Assembly (NCBI RefSeq): GCF_016433145.1
Contig: NC_058135.1
Location: 243,036,932-243,100,931 of the forward strand
Reading direction: 5' to 3'
Length of the DNA stretch: 64,000 bases
Source: Gracilinanus agilis
Taxonomy: Eukaryota
In this document: positions 39,712 to 52,947 of the stretch, in pieces
Numbering within the stretch: the stretch's first letter is position 1
How the letters are laid out: the number at the start of each line of letters is the position of its first letter
Notes under the pieces: model-generated
What the model saw: the letters and a program-made list of their open reading frames with translations, nothing else
Database searches by the model: none
What the model was told of the DNA's origin: nothing
Translations under genes and position numbers: made by a program

Positions 39712-40231
39712 AGAAGATAGTACAGGTAGATTGCAGGCATGTTGCAGCCTTGAATGCCAATTTTTAGGGATTTATATTTTATTTTAATTTTAGCAGCAAG
39801 AAATCACTTAAATTTCTGCTTTAGATGACTGAGTTGTAGTAGTCTTATAATGGTAATGCCTTTAAAGATTCTTATAAAAGATGTAGGGGAAATGTTACAG
39901 AAAATATAGATTGGGTATAGTGGGACCAGCTCAAGGTTTTTCCAATAGTCTGGATGAGAAGAATTAAGGCTTGAATTAAAGCAGTTTCAATGGAAGTAGA
40001 AAGGAGGAACTAGATGGGAGAAAGAAACATTAAGGAGATAACAAATAATTGGCCTTTGTATCTAAGTAAATATGTGAGAAGAGAGAGAAGAATCAAAGAA
40101 GATTTCAGACGTGGGAGACTTGGAAAACAATAATGGCAATAATAGAAATAGAGATATTGCTAAGTGGCCAGGTCAGAGAGCTAGGATATATGTTCATTTT
40201 CAGATATATTCATTTGAAGGTGCTGGTGAAA

Positions 40232-40738
40232 ATTTTTTATTAATTTAATTTATTTTTATTTTTTTAGAAAAATTTTCCATGGTTCCATGATTCATGTTCT
40301 TACTTTCCCCTTCACCCCCCACCATAGCCAATGCGCATTTCCCACTGGTTTCTTCATGTGTTATCTATCAAGACTTATTTCCATATTGTTGATAGTTGCA
40401 TTGGTGTGGTCATTTAGAGTCTACATCCCCAATCATGTCCGCCTCAACCCATGTGTTCAAGTGGTTGTTTTTCTTCTGTGTTTCCACTTCTGTAGTTTTT
40501 CCTCTGAATGTGGGTAGCGTTCTTTTCCATAAATCCCTCCAAATTGTCCTGGGTCATTGCATTGCTGCTAGTACAGAAGTCTGTTACATTCTATTTTACC
40601 ACAGTGTATCCGTCTCTGTGTACAATGTTCTTCTGGCTCTGCTCCTTTTGCTCTGCATCAATTCCTGGAGGTCTTTCCAGTTCACATGGAATTCCTCCAG
40701 TTTATTATTCCTTTGAGCACAGTAGTATTCCATCACCA
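40232..40738 (-). mobile_element. 5'-truncated L1 3' end (same subfamily as 34321-37851)
   Basis: 3'UTR matches the 34.3-37.9 kb element. 13-bp TSD GGTGCTGGTGAAA at 40219-40231 and 40739-40751. Confidence 0.9.
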
Positions 40739-41681
40739 GGTGCTGGTGAAATTTCACATGAAACAATTGGAACTGTAGTATAATAGCTTGAGAAAGACTT
40801 TTGGAGATAGAAATATCAAACCAGGAGTTATCTACATAATAGTGATAATTGATGTCATGAGAATAGATGAAATCACCAAGGGAGATAATGAGCATAAAGA
40901 AAGTAAAGAAGAAATCCTTAGGAAATAACCTTGGGGAATATTCATTTCAGGATAAAATTATGAGTTTTTGGAACTTAGCAAGGTTTTAGAAGAATGAAAG
41001 AATGAGTTACATTTAGCTCTGTTAGAAATCAATAGCACTATTTCCCATACTCTGATGTAGTCATTGACATTCATTTGATTCCTGTCAGGAAGGACCTTAG
41101 TAGTATAGCTTCAAGAGGCCCTCTGATGTGGAAAAGAAAACCTAACAAAATTGATTGCAACCTAATAATTCGACTACTCCCACTCTTAGGCTAACTCATG
41201 GCAAACAAGGGTCAATTTAAATTTTTATTGCAATGTATTTGACATTCTGACCACTATACATTAAAAATTATGAGAAACTGGAAATGAGAGATATCCCAAG
41301 ATGTTTTACTTCTTCAATGCTTCCTATTCCATTTACTTCCCTTTGATATAGGCACTCTACTTCTATTTCCCCCACCTCATCAGTCCCTCAACTACCTATG
41401 CTGTTTGTCTAGTTGACACCTAGAAACATCCAGTGTCCACCACTTTGGGAAAGAGACAGCGATATGAAAAGTTTCTTTTTTAGATAACTTGCTAAAAATA
41501 TCTGAATTATATATGTCACACTTTTCAGAGAATAGAATGATATAACCTCAGAGTTTAAAGGGAAACCAGAAGTCATCTAATATGTCTCATATATGAACAT
41601 TCTTGGCATGTGATCATATAACATTCTCTTTAAAAAATCTAATGAGAATAAATCCAGTATCTCTTGGTGAATCCAGGAAGA

Positions 41682-41996
41682 NNNNNNNNNNNNNNNNNNN
41701 NNNNNNNNNNNNNNNNNNNNNNNNNNNNNNNNNNNNNNNNNNNNNNNNNNNNNNNNNNNNNNNNNNNNNNNNNNNNNNNNNNNNNNNNNNNNNNNNNNNN
41801 NNNNNNNNNNNNNNNNNNNNNNNNNNNNNNNNNNNNNNNNNNNNNNNNNNNNNNNNNNNNNNNNNNNNNNNNNNNNNNNNNNNNNNNNNNNNNNNNNNNN
41901 NNNNNNNNNNNNNNNNNNNNNNNNNNNNNNNNNNNNNNNNNNNNNNNNNNNNNNNNNNNNNNNNNNNNNNNNNNNNNNNNNNNNNNNNNNNNNNNN
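41682..41996. other. Assembly gap (N run)
   Basis: 315 N. Confidence 1.
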
Positions 41997-42099
41997 CATT
42001 TTTTCCTAGATCTGAATGTTGATGTGATACAAAAAAAATGTGACTTGTATTCCACCATTCTTCTTATATTATAAGAAAGCTATCATGTCATGCCTCCCT

Positions 42100-42293
42100 T
42101 GAGTCTTCACTGGGCTAAGCATTTACCTTTTCTTCTCTTAGTCTTCACATGGCATGATTAAATGTCTTTACCATCATGTTCATCTGTGAATATCTCTATT
42201 AAAATTGGTGCTCAGAACTGAACACAACATTATAGATGTGGTCTATTCAGAGGAGAGCATGACAGTTAGAATTGTCATCTTCCTCATTCTAGA
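42100..42293 (-). mobile_element. CR1/L3 remnant interrupted by the full-length L1; resumes at about 49891
   Basis: GGTGCTCAGAACTGAACACAAC...GATGTGGTCT...TTCTAGACACC joins TTAATGTAGC beyond the L1. Confidence 0.55.
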
Positions 42294-43847
42294 CACCTTG
42301 GCTTTTTAAAAAATTTATTTATTTACTTAATTAATTTAGAATATTTTTCCATGGTTACATCATTTATGTTTTTTCCCTCCCCTCCTTCTACCACCCTCCC
42401 ATAGCCAATGAGCAATTCCACTAGGTTTTACATGTGCCATTGATCAAGACCTATTTCCTTATTATTAATATTTGTACTAGGGTGATCATTTAGAGTCTAC
42501 ATTCCCAGTTGTATCCCCATGGAATCAAAGAGTTGTTTTTCTTCTGTTTTTCTACTCCCAAAGTTCTTTCTCTGGATGTGGATCGCATTCTTTTTCATAA
42601 GTTCCTCAGAATTGTCCTGGATCATTGTATTGCTGCTAGTAGAGAAGTCCATTACATTCGATTGTGCCACAGTGTATCAGTCTCTGTGTATAAGGTTCTC
42701 CTGGTTCTGCTCCTTTCACTCTGCATCAATTCCTGGAGGTTGTTCCAATTCACATGGAATTACTCCAGTTCATTATTCCTTTTAGCACAATAGTATTCCA
42801 CCACCAACAAGATACCACAACTTGTTCAACCATTCCCCGATTGAAGGGTATCACCCCATTTTCCAATTTTTGCTACCACAAAGAGCATGGCTATAAATAT
42901 TTTTGCACAAGTCTTTTCCCTTATGATCTCTTTGGGGTATAAACCCAGCAGTGGTATGGCTGTATCAAAAGGCAGGCATTGTTTTAAAGCCTTTTGGGCA
43001 TAGTTACAAATTGTCTTCCAGAATGGTTGATCAATTCACAACTCCACCAGCAATGTATTAATGTCCCAATTTTGCCACATCCCCTCCAACACTTATTACT
43101 TTCCTTTGCTATCATATTAGCCAATCTTCTAGGTGTGAGGTGGTACCTCAGAATTGTTTTGATTTGCATTTCTCTAATTACAAGAGATTTAGGACACTTT
43201 TTCATACGCTGATTGATAGTTTTGATTTCTTTATCTGAACATTGCCTATTCATGTCCCTTGCCTATTTGTCAATTGGGGAATGGCTTGAATTCTTGTGCA
43301 ATTGATTTAACTTCTTATAAATTTGAATAATTAGACCTTTGCCAGAAGTTTTTGTTATAAAGACTTTTTTCCAATTTGTTGCTTCCCTTCTAATTTTGGT
43401 AGCATTGGTTTTGCCTGTACAAAACTTTTTTAATTTAATGTAACCAAAATGATTCATTTTACATTTTGCAATATTCTCTATCTCTTTCTTGGTCTTAAAA
43501 TCTTTCCTTTCCCATAGAACCAAAAGGTATACTATTCCATGTTCACCTAATTTACTTATAGTTTTCTTCTTTATATTTAAGTCATTCAGCCATTCTCAAT
43601 TTATCTTGGTGTAGTGTATGAGATGTTGATCTAAACCTAGTTTCTCCCATACTGTTTTCCAATTTTCCCAGCAGTTTTTGTCAAATAGTGGGTTTTTGTC
43701 CCCAAAGCTGGGATCTTTGGGTTTATTGTATACTGTCTTACTTAGGTCATTTACCCCAAACTTATTCCACTAATCCTCCCTTCTGTCTCTTAGCCAGTAC
43801 GACATTGTTTTGATGACTACTGCTTTAAGATCTGGTACTGCGAGGCC

Positions 43848-44202
43848 TGTAAAAATGAAATTTGGGAGATGCCATTTTTAAGTATATATATGTATTTTCT
43901 ATGGACACGTGGAAATTATCAAACTACATTTCCCGTGGTCCAACGGGTTTCTGGTTCTGGTTCTTTGGGCATGGGGACACCTACATCTCCATGCAGAGAA
44001 CAGTTAAAATCTCCTGGGTTAGGGGGGAGTGGCCCTCTTGGCCAGAAGACTCAGGAAGAGACGGGAGGTAACAATAATGGCTGGGGCTGCAGTTTTGAAT
44101 TCTTACAAGCGCGTGGTCTAATGACTTTATCTATCAGCATGGCTTTAATTAAAATACTAATTTATATTATTATATCAGCCTTTATCATTTTTTACCTTTA
44201 TA
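43848..44202. mobile_element. ERV solo LTR (355 bp) inserted in L1 ORF2
   Basis: TGTAAA...TTTATA termini (terminal CA apparently mutated) and 4-bp TSD GGCC. L1 sequence is continuous once it is removed. Confidence 0.82.
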
Positions 44203-47200
44203 GGCCCCCATTCTTCACATTTTTTTTATTATTTCCCTTGATTTTCTTGATCTTTTGTTCTTCCAAATGAACTTTATTATAATTTTTTCTAGTTCTATAA
44301 AAAAGTTTTTTCGTAGTTTGATAGGTATGGCACTAAATAAGTAAATTAATTTGGATAGGATTGTCATTTTTATTATGTTAGTTTGTCCTACCAATGAACA
44401 ATTAAAGTTTTTCCAACTGTTTAGATCGAGTTTTAATTGTGTGGAAAGCATTTTGTAGTTGTGTTCATATAATTCCTGTGTTTGTCTTGGCAAATAGATT
44501 CCTAAATATTTTATATTGTCTAGGGTGATTTTTAAATGGAATTTATCTTTCTAACTCTTGCTACTGAGATGTGTTGGAAATATATATATATATATAGAAA
44601 TGCTGATGAATTATGTGGGTTTATTTTGTATCCTGCAACTTTGCTAAAGTTGTTGATTATTTCCACTAGCTTTTTAGTAAATTCTCTAGGATTCTTTAAG
44701 TTGACCATCATATCATCTGCAAAGAGTAATAGTTTAGTTTCCTTATTGCCTATTTTAATACCTTCAATTTCTTTTTCTTCTGTAATTGCTACTGCTAGTG
44801 TTTCTAGTACAATGTTAAATAATAGAGGTGATAATGGGTATCCTTGCTTCACTCCTGATCTTATTGGGAAGGCTTCTAATTTATCCCCATTGCAGATGAT
44901 GCTTCCTGATGGTTTTAAATATATACTCTTCATTATTTTTAGAAAAGTCCCATCTATTCCTATACTTTCTAGTGTTTTCAAAAGAAATGAGTGTTCTATT
45001 TTGTCAAAGGCTTTTTCTGCATCTATTGAGATAATAATGTTATTTCTCTTAGTTTGCTTGTTGATATGGTCAATCATGTGGATGGTTTTCCTAATATTAA
45101 ACCATCCTTTCATTCCTGGTATAATCCCACCTGATCATAATGAATAACCCTTGTGATAACTTGCTGGAGTCTTTTTGCTAGTATTCTATTTAAGATTTTT
45201 GCATCTATGTTCAGGAAGGAGATTGGTCTATAGTTTTCTTTCTCTGTTTTTGGTCTGTTGGGCTTTGGAATCAGTACCATATTTGTGTTATAAAAGGAAT
45301 TTGATAAAACTCCTTCTTTGCTTATTTTGCCAATTAGTTTGTATAGTATTGAGATTAGTTGTCCTTTAAATGTTTGATAGAATTCACTTGTGAATCCATC
45401 TGGCCTTGGAGATTTTTTCCTTAGGGAGTTCTTTGTTCTGATATGGTATTATTTAAGCATTCTATTTCTTCTTCTGTTAATCTAGGCAATTTATATATTG
45501 GTAAATATTCATCCATATCACCTAAATTGCTATATTTTTTGCCACATAACTGGGCAAAATAGTTCTTAATAATTACCTTAATTTTTTCTTCATTAGAGGG
45601 TGAGGTTGCCCTTTTCATCTTTGATACTGTTAATTTGATTTTCTTCTTTCCTTTTTTATTAGATTAAATAGTACTTTATTTTATTTGTTTTTTCAAAGTA
45701 CTAGCTTCTAGTCTTATTAATTCAATAGTTCTTTCAATTTTACTTTTATTAATTTCTCCTTTAATTTTTAGGATTTCTAATTTAGTTTTTAATCTGGAAG
45801 TTATAAATTTGTTTTCTTTCTAGTTTTTTAAATTTGAATGCCCAATTTATTGACCTCTTTCCTCTCTGATTTGTTAATATATACACTCATGGATATAAAT
45901 TTTCCACTGAGTACTGTTTTGGTTGCACCCCATAGATTTTGATATGATGTCTCCTCATTGTCATTCTCTTCAATGAAATTATTAATTTTTTCTATGATTT
46001 GTTCTTTAACCAACAAGTTTTTGGGAATCATATTATTTAATTTCCAATTAGTTTTTGATTTGCCTCTTCATGTACCCTTATTAATTATTATTATTATTAT
46101 TGCATTATGATCTGAAAATTTTGCATTTATTATTTCTGCTTTTTTGCATTCATTTGCCATTTTTTATGCCCTAGTACATGGTCAATCTTTGTGAATGTAC
46201 CATGTGCTGCTGAAAAGAAGGTGTATTCCTTTCTATCCCTATTTAGTTTTCTCCATATATCTAGTAACTCTAATTTTCCTAAGATTTCATTCACATCTCT
46301 TAACTCTTTCTTATTTATTTTTTGCTTTGATTTATCTAGAACTGATAGAAGAAGGTTCAGGTTTCCCACTATATTATAGTTTTACTATCTATTTCCTTCT
46401 TAAGCTCCAAAGTTTCTCCTTAAAAAATTTGAATGCTATTCCATTTGGCACATACATGTTGAGTACTGATATTTCCTCATAATCTATATTGCCTTTTATC
46501 AGGATGTAATTACCTTCCCTATCTCTTTTAATCAGATTTATTTTTACTTAGGTTTTGTCAGATATCATGATTGAGACTCCTGACTTCTTTTTCTCAGTTG
46601 ATGCCCAATAGATTTTGCTCTAGTCTTTTACCTTTAACCTGTGTATGTATACCTGCCTCATGTGTGTTTCTTGTAGACAGTAGATGGTAGGATTTTGGTT
46701 TCTAATCCATTCTGCTATTTGCTTCCATTTTATGGGTGAGTTCATCCCATTCACATTCAGAGTTATGATTACCTCCTGTGTATTTCCCATCATATTGATT
46801 TTTTTCTCCTAGTCTTGCCCTTTCTTCTTTCACTATATCCTTCTACCTGTCTTTTGCTTTTAATCAGTCCCCCTAATTCCCACTCTTATTTTATTTCCCT
46901 TTTTACCCCTCCCTTCTTATTCTCCTCTTATTTTTATTTAGGGTATATTAAATTCTCTCCCCTCCTCTCTTTCCCTCCATTTTAGTACTCCCTGCTCCAT
47001 TCCCTCCCTTGGCTTTTCCCTCTCAACTGCCCTGTAGGGTAAGATAGAATTCAATACCCCAATGGGTCTAGATGGTCTTCCCCCTCAGAATTAATTCCAC
47101 TGAGAGTAAGGTTTAAGTATTACCTATTAGGACTCTCTTCCTCTCCTTCTTATAATATTCTTCCCCTCTCCCTCCCATGCACCTATTTATGTGGTATAAA

Positions 47201-48556
47201 TTATCCTATTTTTTTATTCCTTAAAATTTCTCTTGGTACCATCTTCTATTCCACCCCATTTTTTTTTACATATCATCTTAAACCACTTAGTACCCCAACC
47301 TCTGTCTATGAATAATTCTTCTAACTACTATGATAGTGAATATAGTTTTTGAAAGTTACAAATATTATTTTTCCATATAGGAATATATACAATTAGACCT
47401 TACTGGAGCCCTTAAAATTTTTTTCACTCTTTGTCTTGTTTACCCTTTCATGTTTCTCTTGATTTTTGTATTTGGACATCAAATTTTCCATTTAATTCTG
47501 GTCTTTTCTTTACTAATACTTGGAAAGCTTCTATTTTTGTTAAATGCTCATACGTCCCCCTGGAAGTATGTAGTCAGTTTTGATGGGTAGATGATCCTTG
47601 GTTGTAGACCCAATTCTCTTGCCTTTCTGAATATCATATTCCAAACCTTGAGGTCCTTTAGTGTGGAGGCTGCCAGATCCTGTGTAATCCTGATTGGGGC
47701 TCATTAATATCTGAATTGTCTCTTTCTGGCTTCTTGCAATATTTTCTCCTTAATTTGGAAGCTCTTGAATTTGGCAATTATATTCCTGGGGTTGTCTTTT
47801 GAGGATTTAATGTAGACAGTGATCCATGGCCTCTTTCAATGTCTATTTTGCCCTCTTGTTCAAGAACATCAGGGCAGTTTTCTTGGATAATTTCTTGTAG
47901 TATGATGTCAAGATTCCTGTTTTTTTCTGAGTTTTCAGGTAGACCAATAATTCTCAAATTGTCTCTTCCTGACCAGTTTTCTTGGTCAGTCATTTTCTCA
48001 GTGAGATATTTCATGTTTCCTTCTTATTTTGTCAGTCTTTTGACTTTGCTTTATTAATTTTTGCTGTCTTGTAAGATCCCAATTCTAGTCTTTAAAAACT
48101 GGTTTTTAGCTATGATCTTTTGATTTTCCTTTTCCGGTTTGGTCTATCCTGCTTTTCATGGTTCCCAGCAGGTCAATTCTGGTCTCCAATTTGCTCATCA
48201 TTTCATTTGATTTGGGGGCTTTTTTTCCCCAAGTGGGAGTTTCTGTCTTTTAAACTGTTACTTTCTTTTTGAACTATTTCCCACTTTTTTTATTTTTTTG
48301 GCCAACTTTCTTCTATCTTTCTTACTTGATTCTTAAATTCCAATTTGAGTTCCTAGAGTGCTTGTGACCAATTTCCATTTTTGTGGGAAAGTTTGGATGT
48401 GTCTGCTTGTTTGTTGACCTCTGCTGTTGCCTCTATAGTTTGCTGTTTTTCTCCATAGAAGTTATCTAGGGTCAAAGTCTTCTTATTTTTTTGGTAGTTG
48501 TAGATTATAGTTCTTGGGTGTTGGTGGCCATTTCTGTGTTAGTTTTTCCTTCCCTT

Positions 48557-49353
48557 TGGAAAAGGGAATTCTTTGTTCTCTTTGAGTTCACACTTATGAA
48601 AGGGAATCCCTTATTCTTTTTGTCTAGTTGGAGCTAATACTTTAGTTGACACTAACTTAAGCAAGAGCTTGAAATAGGAAGAGGAACTAGCAAACAATTT
48701 AGTGAATTCACTTCGTACTTAGTGTTAGGTGTGAAGCCAGCAAGATACTTGGAAAGCTCTATCTTTTTTTAACTCAAACAATCAGAAACTTGTCATTTCT
48801 TTTAAGTGTTCATACCCTCAGAAACTGTGAACCCTTTCAATGAGTATTCACCCCTCCAGAAGGTGTGAACTGCTTCCCACAAACATTGCCCCCTGGGCAG
48901 TGGTATACTATTTGGAAGGTGTGATTGACCCCTGTGAAGAGGAGAGGAGATAAGAAGCCACTATAAAAGGTCATGAATTTCTGAGGTTAGGGTATGTACT
49001 CCAAGAAGAGAATAGACTCCAAGAAGGAAGTTGGTTTGAGAAGAAGGTCAGCTTAAAGAAGAAAGTAGGCCTCAGGAGTCACCTTGAGCTTAAGTCATTG
49101 TCTTGACCTGCCTCTTGGAGGGAACTTGAGTGACTGAATAGATGGCTTTCCCTTCCTGTCTTCTGGAGAGAGTTTAATTCTTTTTGAAGGTTAACAAGTC
49201 CTGGCTGAGCCAAGCACTGGAACAATATTTAGTTAGATAGGTTAATGTCTTCTCTACCCTTTTGTATTCCTTTTCTTTCACTCTTTCCACCTCCTTTGTA
49301 AATAAAAGATTTATAATTTTCATATATATTTAGCCAAACCATTAATTTTAACA
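48557..49353 (+). mobile_element. ERV LTR inserted in the L1 5'UTR
   Basis: TG start, CTATAAAAGG at 48961, AATAAA at 49301, ends TTAATTTTAACA. TSD not resolved. Confidence 0.65.
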
Positions 49354-51591
49354 CAAACCTTCCTAGCCAGAAGTCTGAGTGAGGAGGACAGGCTCTCTGT
49401 GTATTGAGCTTCAGAGTGGTTTTTGCCCTTAGGCTATTTTTCAATCTCTCCCATGTCTGCTGTGGGGAGCCCCTCTCTGCCCTTTCTCTGGGCCTAAGCT
49501 TCGTGTTCCTTAGCCTCCTGGGGTCCCAATTCTCATTGCCTCTGGGATAAGCCTGTGGTGTTCTCAGCCAGCCCCATCCCCAGAATATAAAAATTGTTCC
49601 ACACTTGCTTTGATTCTGGTGCAGTAGGTGGAGTGGGGGAGGGGTGATCAGCTCATGATTTTTTTTACCCCCTTATATTGTGGAAATGCCCAAACCCTGC
49701 CTATCTTCTATGCTGCACCCTAGGGTAGAGCCCCCTATGCTCATCTGATTTTAATTTTTATCCTTTTGAGGTGCTTTATATTGGTCAGTGGTAAGGAGAA
49801 GAAGACCCTTGCTTCTTCTCTGTGGCCATCTTAGCCCAGAAGTCCCACTGTGGCTTTCTTTCTTTCTTTTTTTTCCACCATGGCTTTCTTAATGTAGCTG
49901 AGGACAACATTTTCACATTTTGGTTTCCCCAGCTGTTGACTCATATAATTCACTAAATTCCCAGTTTACTTTATCACTATTATCTATCTATGCTTCCTGC
50001 ATCTTATAATTGTGAGGTTGATTTTTCTAACCCAGGGGTAAGAGTTTACTTATCACTGATGGATCTGATTTGATTTATTTTGGCCTGTAATTCTAATCCT
50101 TCCCCTTGTTTACCTTTGGCTAGTTACTTGAGGGTTACAATCTTATCTCATAAACTAGCTAATTGGAACATACAATTTATAAAAACAATTATATTAATTA
50201 TTCAATTGGGGTTTAATCAATCAACACAAAGACTATTTCAGTCCAATCTATCTGCATATCCTATAATTTTTTAAGCAATGGCAACAAAGGATGTTTCAGT
50301 CCTATCTATCTGAAATGGGGCTTAGGTTGAGAACATGAAACTTAACTTGTTTTGATGGAAAGGCTCCCTGACTCCATCTTAGTGATTCATTGAGAGGAGT
50401 CCACTATCTTTCTGAACTTTATCTCTCACACCTGACTTCCAGAAAGAGCTAGCAGAAGTCTTATAAGATATGGGCTCAAGTGTTAGCACGTCTCTTTTGG
50501 GCTCAAGCATCATCCTGAATGAAGGTTTTCCTCCATCTTCCCAGAAGTCTCTGATCTTATCTTTCCCATGCCACTGCTCATAAATGCCAGCACAAAGGCA
50601 AGGAGTAGGGGGATGATGTGTTATGGCTGAGAAACAACAGGGACATTTATATATATCTAGTTCATAGATTCTGGGGAGTGGAGTAGCCTGTAAGAACACT
50701 GGAAAGACAGTAAGAGATCAGTTTGTGAAGGACTTTAAATGCCAAAGTCCTTTATTTTGGATTGTAAATATAGTAGGAAGCCACTGGAACATTTTGAGAA
50801 TGAGGACAACATGGTCAGAAAAGGCTATTGCAAAGATCAAATGAAATAAATGTGAAAATGTTTTGAAAAAATGGCAATTTATTAATGTAAGACATGACAA
50901 CCTATATATACATAAAATGTTAGAACTAGAAGGATCATAGAGTCACAGACTTAGAACTGAGAAGTATTTGATGACATGTAATCCTTTTACAAATGACGAA
51001 ACTGGGGTCCAGAGAAAGTAAAGTAGGATAGTGGTTAGAACATTATGTTTGTAGTGAGGAAGGCCCAAGTTGAAATCTTGCCTCAGATATTTACTAGCTT
51101 CTTGACCCTGGGCAAGTCACTTAACTTTCGTTTGACCCATTTTCCTCATCTGTAAAATAGAAATATCAATAACATCTATATCCCAGGGTTGTTGTAAAGC
51201 TCTTAACAGAGTGTCTGACACATAGCAGGAGCTATACAAATGTTAATTGTTGATGTTACTCTTTGGTTACAAAGCTAGAAAATGGTAAAGATAAGATTTT
51301 AATCTAAGCACTTTGATTCCAAATCTGGCTCTTTTAAGTATACTACGAATTTTAGGACCACTTACACCAAATTCTTAATGCTAGAGATGAAACTGAGGAA
51401 CAGTGAGAGTAACTTACCAGTTCCCAAGGTCAGACAATTAGGCAATAACACAGCTGAGACTAAAACCTCAAATCTCTTTTGATGACCAGTCTAATACTCT
51501 GTCCGTTAAATAGTATTATCCAAATGATGGCATTTCCTGATGTGTTTTAAAAGAATCTTGCTTAATTAAAATTGTTGAATTTTTCCAATGA

Positions 51592-52536
51592 TTAAGAATG
51601 TCTTTTAGTACTAACTAGCCTTTTTAAGGCATCTTTAATCTCTTTGTTCCTCAGGCTATAGATCATGGGATTCAACATTGGGATCACCACAATATAGAAG
51701 ATGGACACCACTTTGTTCTGATCTGTGGAATAGCTGGATGTAGGCATCACATAAATGAATATAATGGTTCCATAGAAAAGAGTGACTGCAGTGAGGTGAG
51801 AGGTACAAGTGGAGAAGGCTTTGTGTTTTCCTTCTGTCGAGTTCATATTGAGAATGGTGAAGAAGATGTACAGATAGGAGATGGCAATGGTTACAAGAGC
51901 TATAGCTATTATTATTGCAGAGTAGATAGCAGGAAGTATTTCTGCTATAAAGGCATGATGACAGGAAAGCTTGACCAAAGGAGAGAAGTCACAGAAAAAG
52001 TGATTGATGACATTAGGGCCACAAAAGAATAAATTCAATAAGCATCCTGTATAAGTTACCCCATTCAAACAGCCACCAACATAGGAAGTCATGATTAAGA
52101 GAGAGCAGACCTGATCAGACATCTTCACAGAGTAAAGCAATGGGTTACAAATGGCCATGTAGCGGTCATAAGCCATGAATGTAAGTAAGAAAGACTCTGT
52201 GGCCCCAAAGGTGACCAGGGAACATAATTGGGTTACACAACCAGGATAAGTAATGATGTTTTTCTCCACCATAAAATTCACTAGCAAGTTAGGTGTAACA
52301 GATGTGGAATACCCAACATCAACAAAAGCCAAATGACTCAGAAAGAGGTACATGGGGGTGTGAAGCTGGGGACTCAACCTGATTAGAATGATTGTACAGA
52401 AATTTCCCATGACAGTGAATAAATATATCCCCACAAATAACACAAAGAGAATGATGGAAAGAAAGGGATCATCCGTTAATCCCAGAATAAGGAAGTCGAC
52501 CACTGCAGTGTAGTTTTCCGATGGCTTAAATTCCAT
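51592..52536 (-). CDS. OR5P3-like: Intact olfactory receptor, OR5P subfamily, 314 aa
   Basis: [71 protein letters not shown] and [16 protein letters not shown] closely match recalled OR5P3. Confidence 0.95.
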   Translation of the reverse strand: MEFKPSENYTAVVDFLILGLTDDPFLSIILFVLFVGIYLFTVMGNFCTIILIRLSPQLHTPMYLFLSHLAFVDVGYSTSVTPNLLVNFMVEKNIITYPGCVTQLCSLVTFGATESFLLTFMAYDRYMAICNPLLYSVKMSDQVCSLLIMTSYVGGCLNGVTYTGCLLNLFFCGPNVINHFFCDFSPLVKLSCHHAFIAEILPAIYSAIIIAIALVTIAISYLYIFFTILNMNSTEGKHKAFSTCTSHLTAVTLFYGTIIFIYVMPTSSYSTDQNKVVSIFYIVVIPMLNPMIYSLRNKEIKDALKRLVSTKRHS

Positions 52537-52545
52537 GTTGGATTC

Positions 52546-52575
52546 CTGCTATGACAAAAATGAAGATTGAAACTC
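52546..52575 (-). promoter_or_regulatory. Splice acceptor (tandem TAGCAG) 9 nt upstream of the ATG
   Basis: Minus strand TCTTCATTTTTGTCATAGCAG|GAATCCAACATG. The paralog has CAG at the same position. Confidence 0.6.
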
Positions 52576-52908
52576 AATAAAAGTTGGAGCAATTTAATAC
52601 CATGTCATTTCCTTTCTTGATAGTGTTGGTCCCAGTTGAAGCATATACTGAAATGGGACTACTAGGAAACTGGTATTAAACACAAAAAACATATTTTCAT
52701 ATTTTCCTTCTAGCCTATATTTCCCTTTCATCTTGAGGAAAATCTAAGAAAAATGTTTTACTCATATATTACTACCTTCATCATGATCCATTCTGCTTTT
52801 TTTGGCATAGAAACCATATAGACCAGCAATGAATTATGGGGAACTGTAACAAAATCAACCAAGAAAACATGATTATTTTTTCCTTTTTGGGCTAGAGAAA
52901 GGGGAGTT

Positions 52909-52947
52909 TTGTGTGTGTGTGTGTCTGTGTGTGTGTGTGTATGTGTG
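52909..52947. repeat. (TG)n microsatellite, interrupted
   Basis: Direct reading. Confidence 0.9.

Larger units (their letters stand above)
42306..49845 (-). mobile_element. Full-length, inactivated L1 (ORF1 about 48531-47440, ORF2 about 46793-42650) carrying two LTR insertions
   Basis: EN/RT peptides (MKGWFNIRK...[10 protein letters not shown]...LFADDM), ORF1 peptide (RDNLRIIGLPE), 5' end GGACTTCTGGGCTAAGATGGC, A-rich 3' tail, and TSD CACC(A/T)TGGCTTT at 42294 and 49846/49876. Confidence 0.93.

Noticed and set aside
44536-45147. 203-aa plus-strand ORF and other hydrophobic ORFs within L1s
   Set aside because: Antisense shadows of L1 ORF2.
50379-50699. 106-aa ORF in unique-looking sequence
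   Set aside because: No recognisable domain and no support; probably an old LTR or random ORF.
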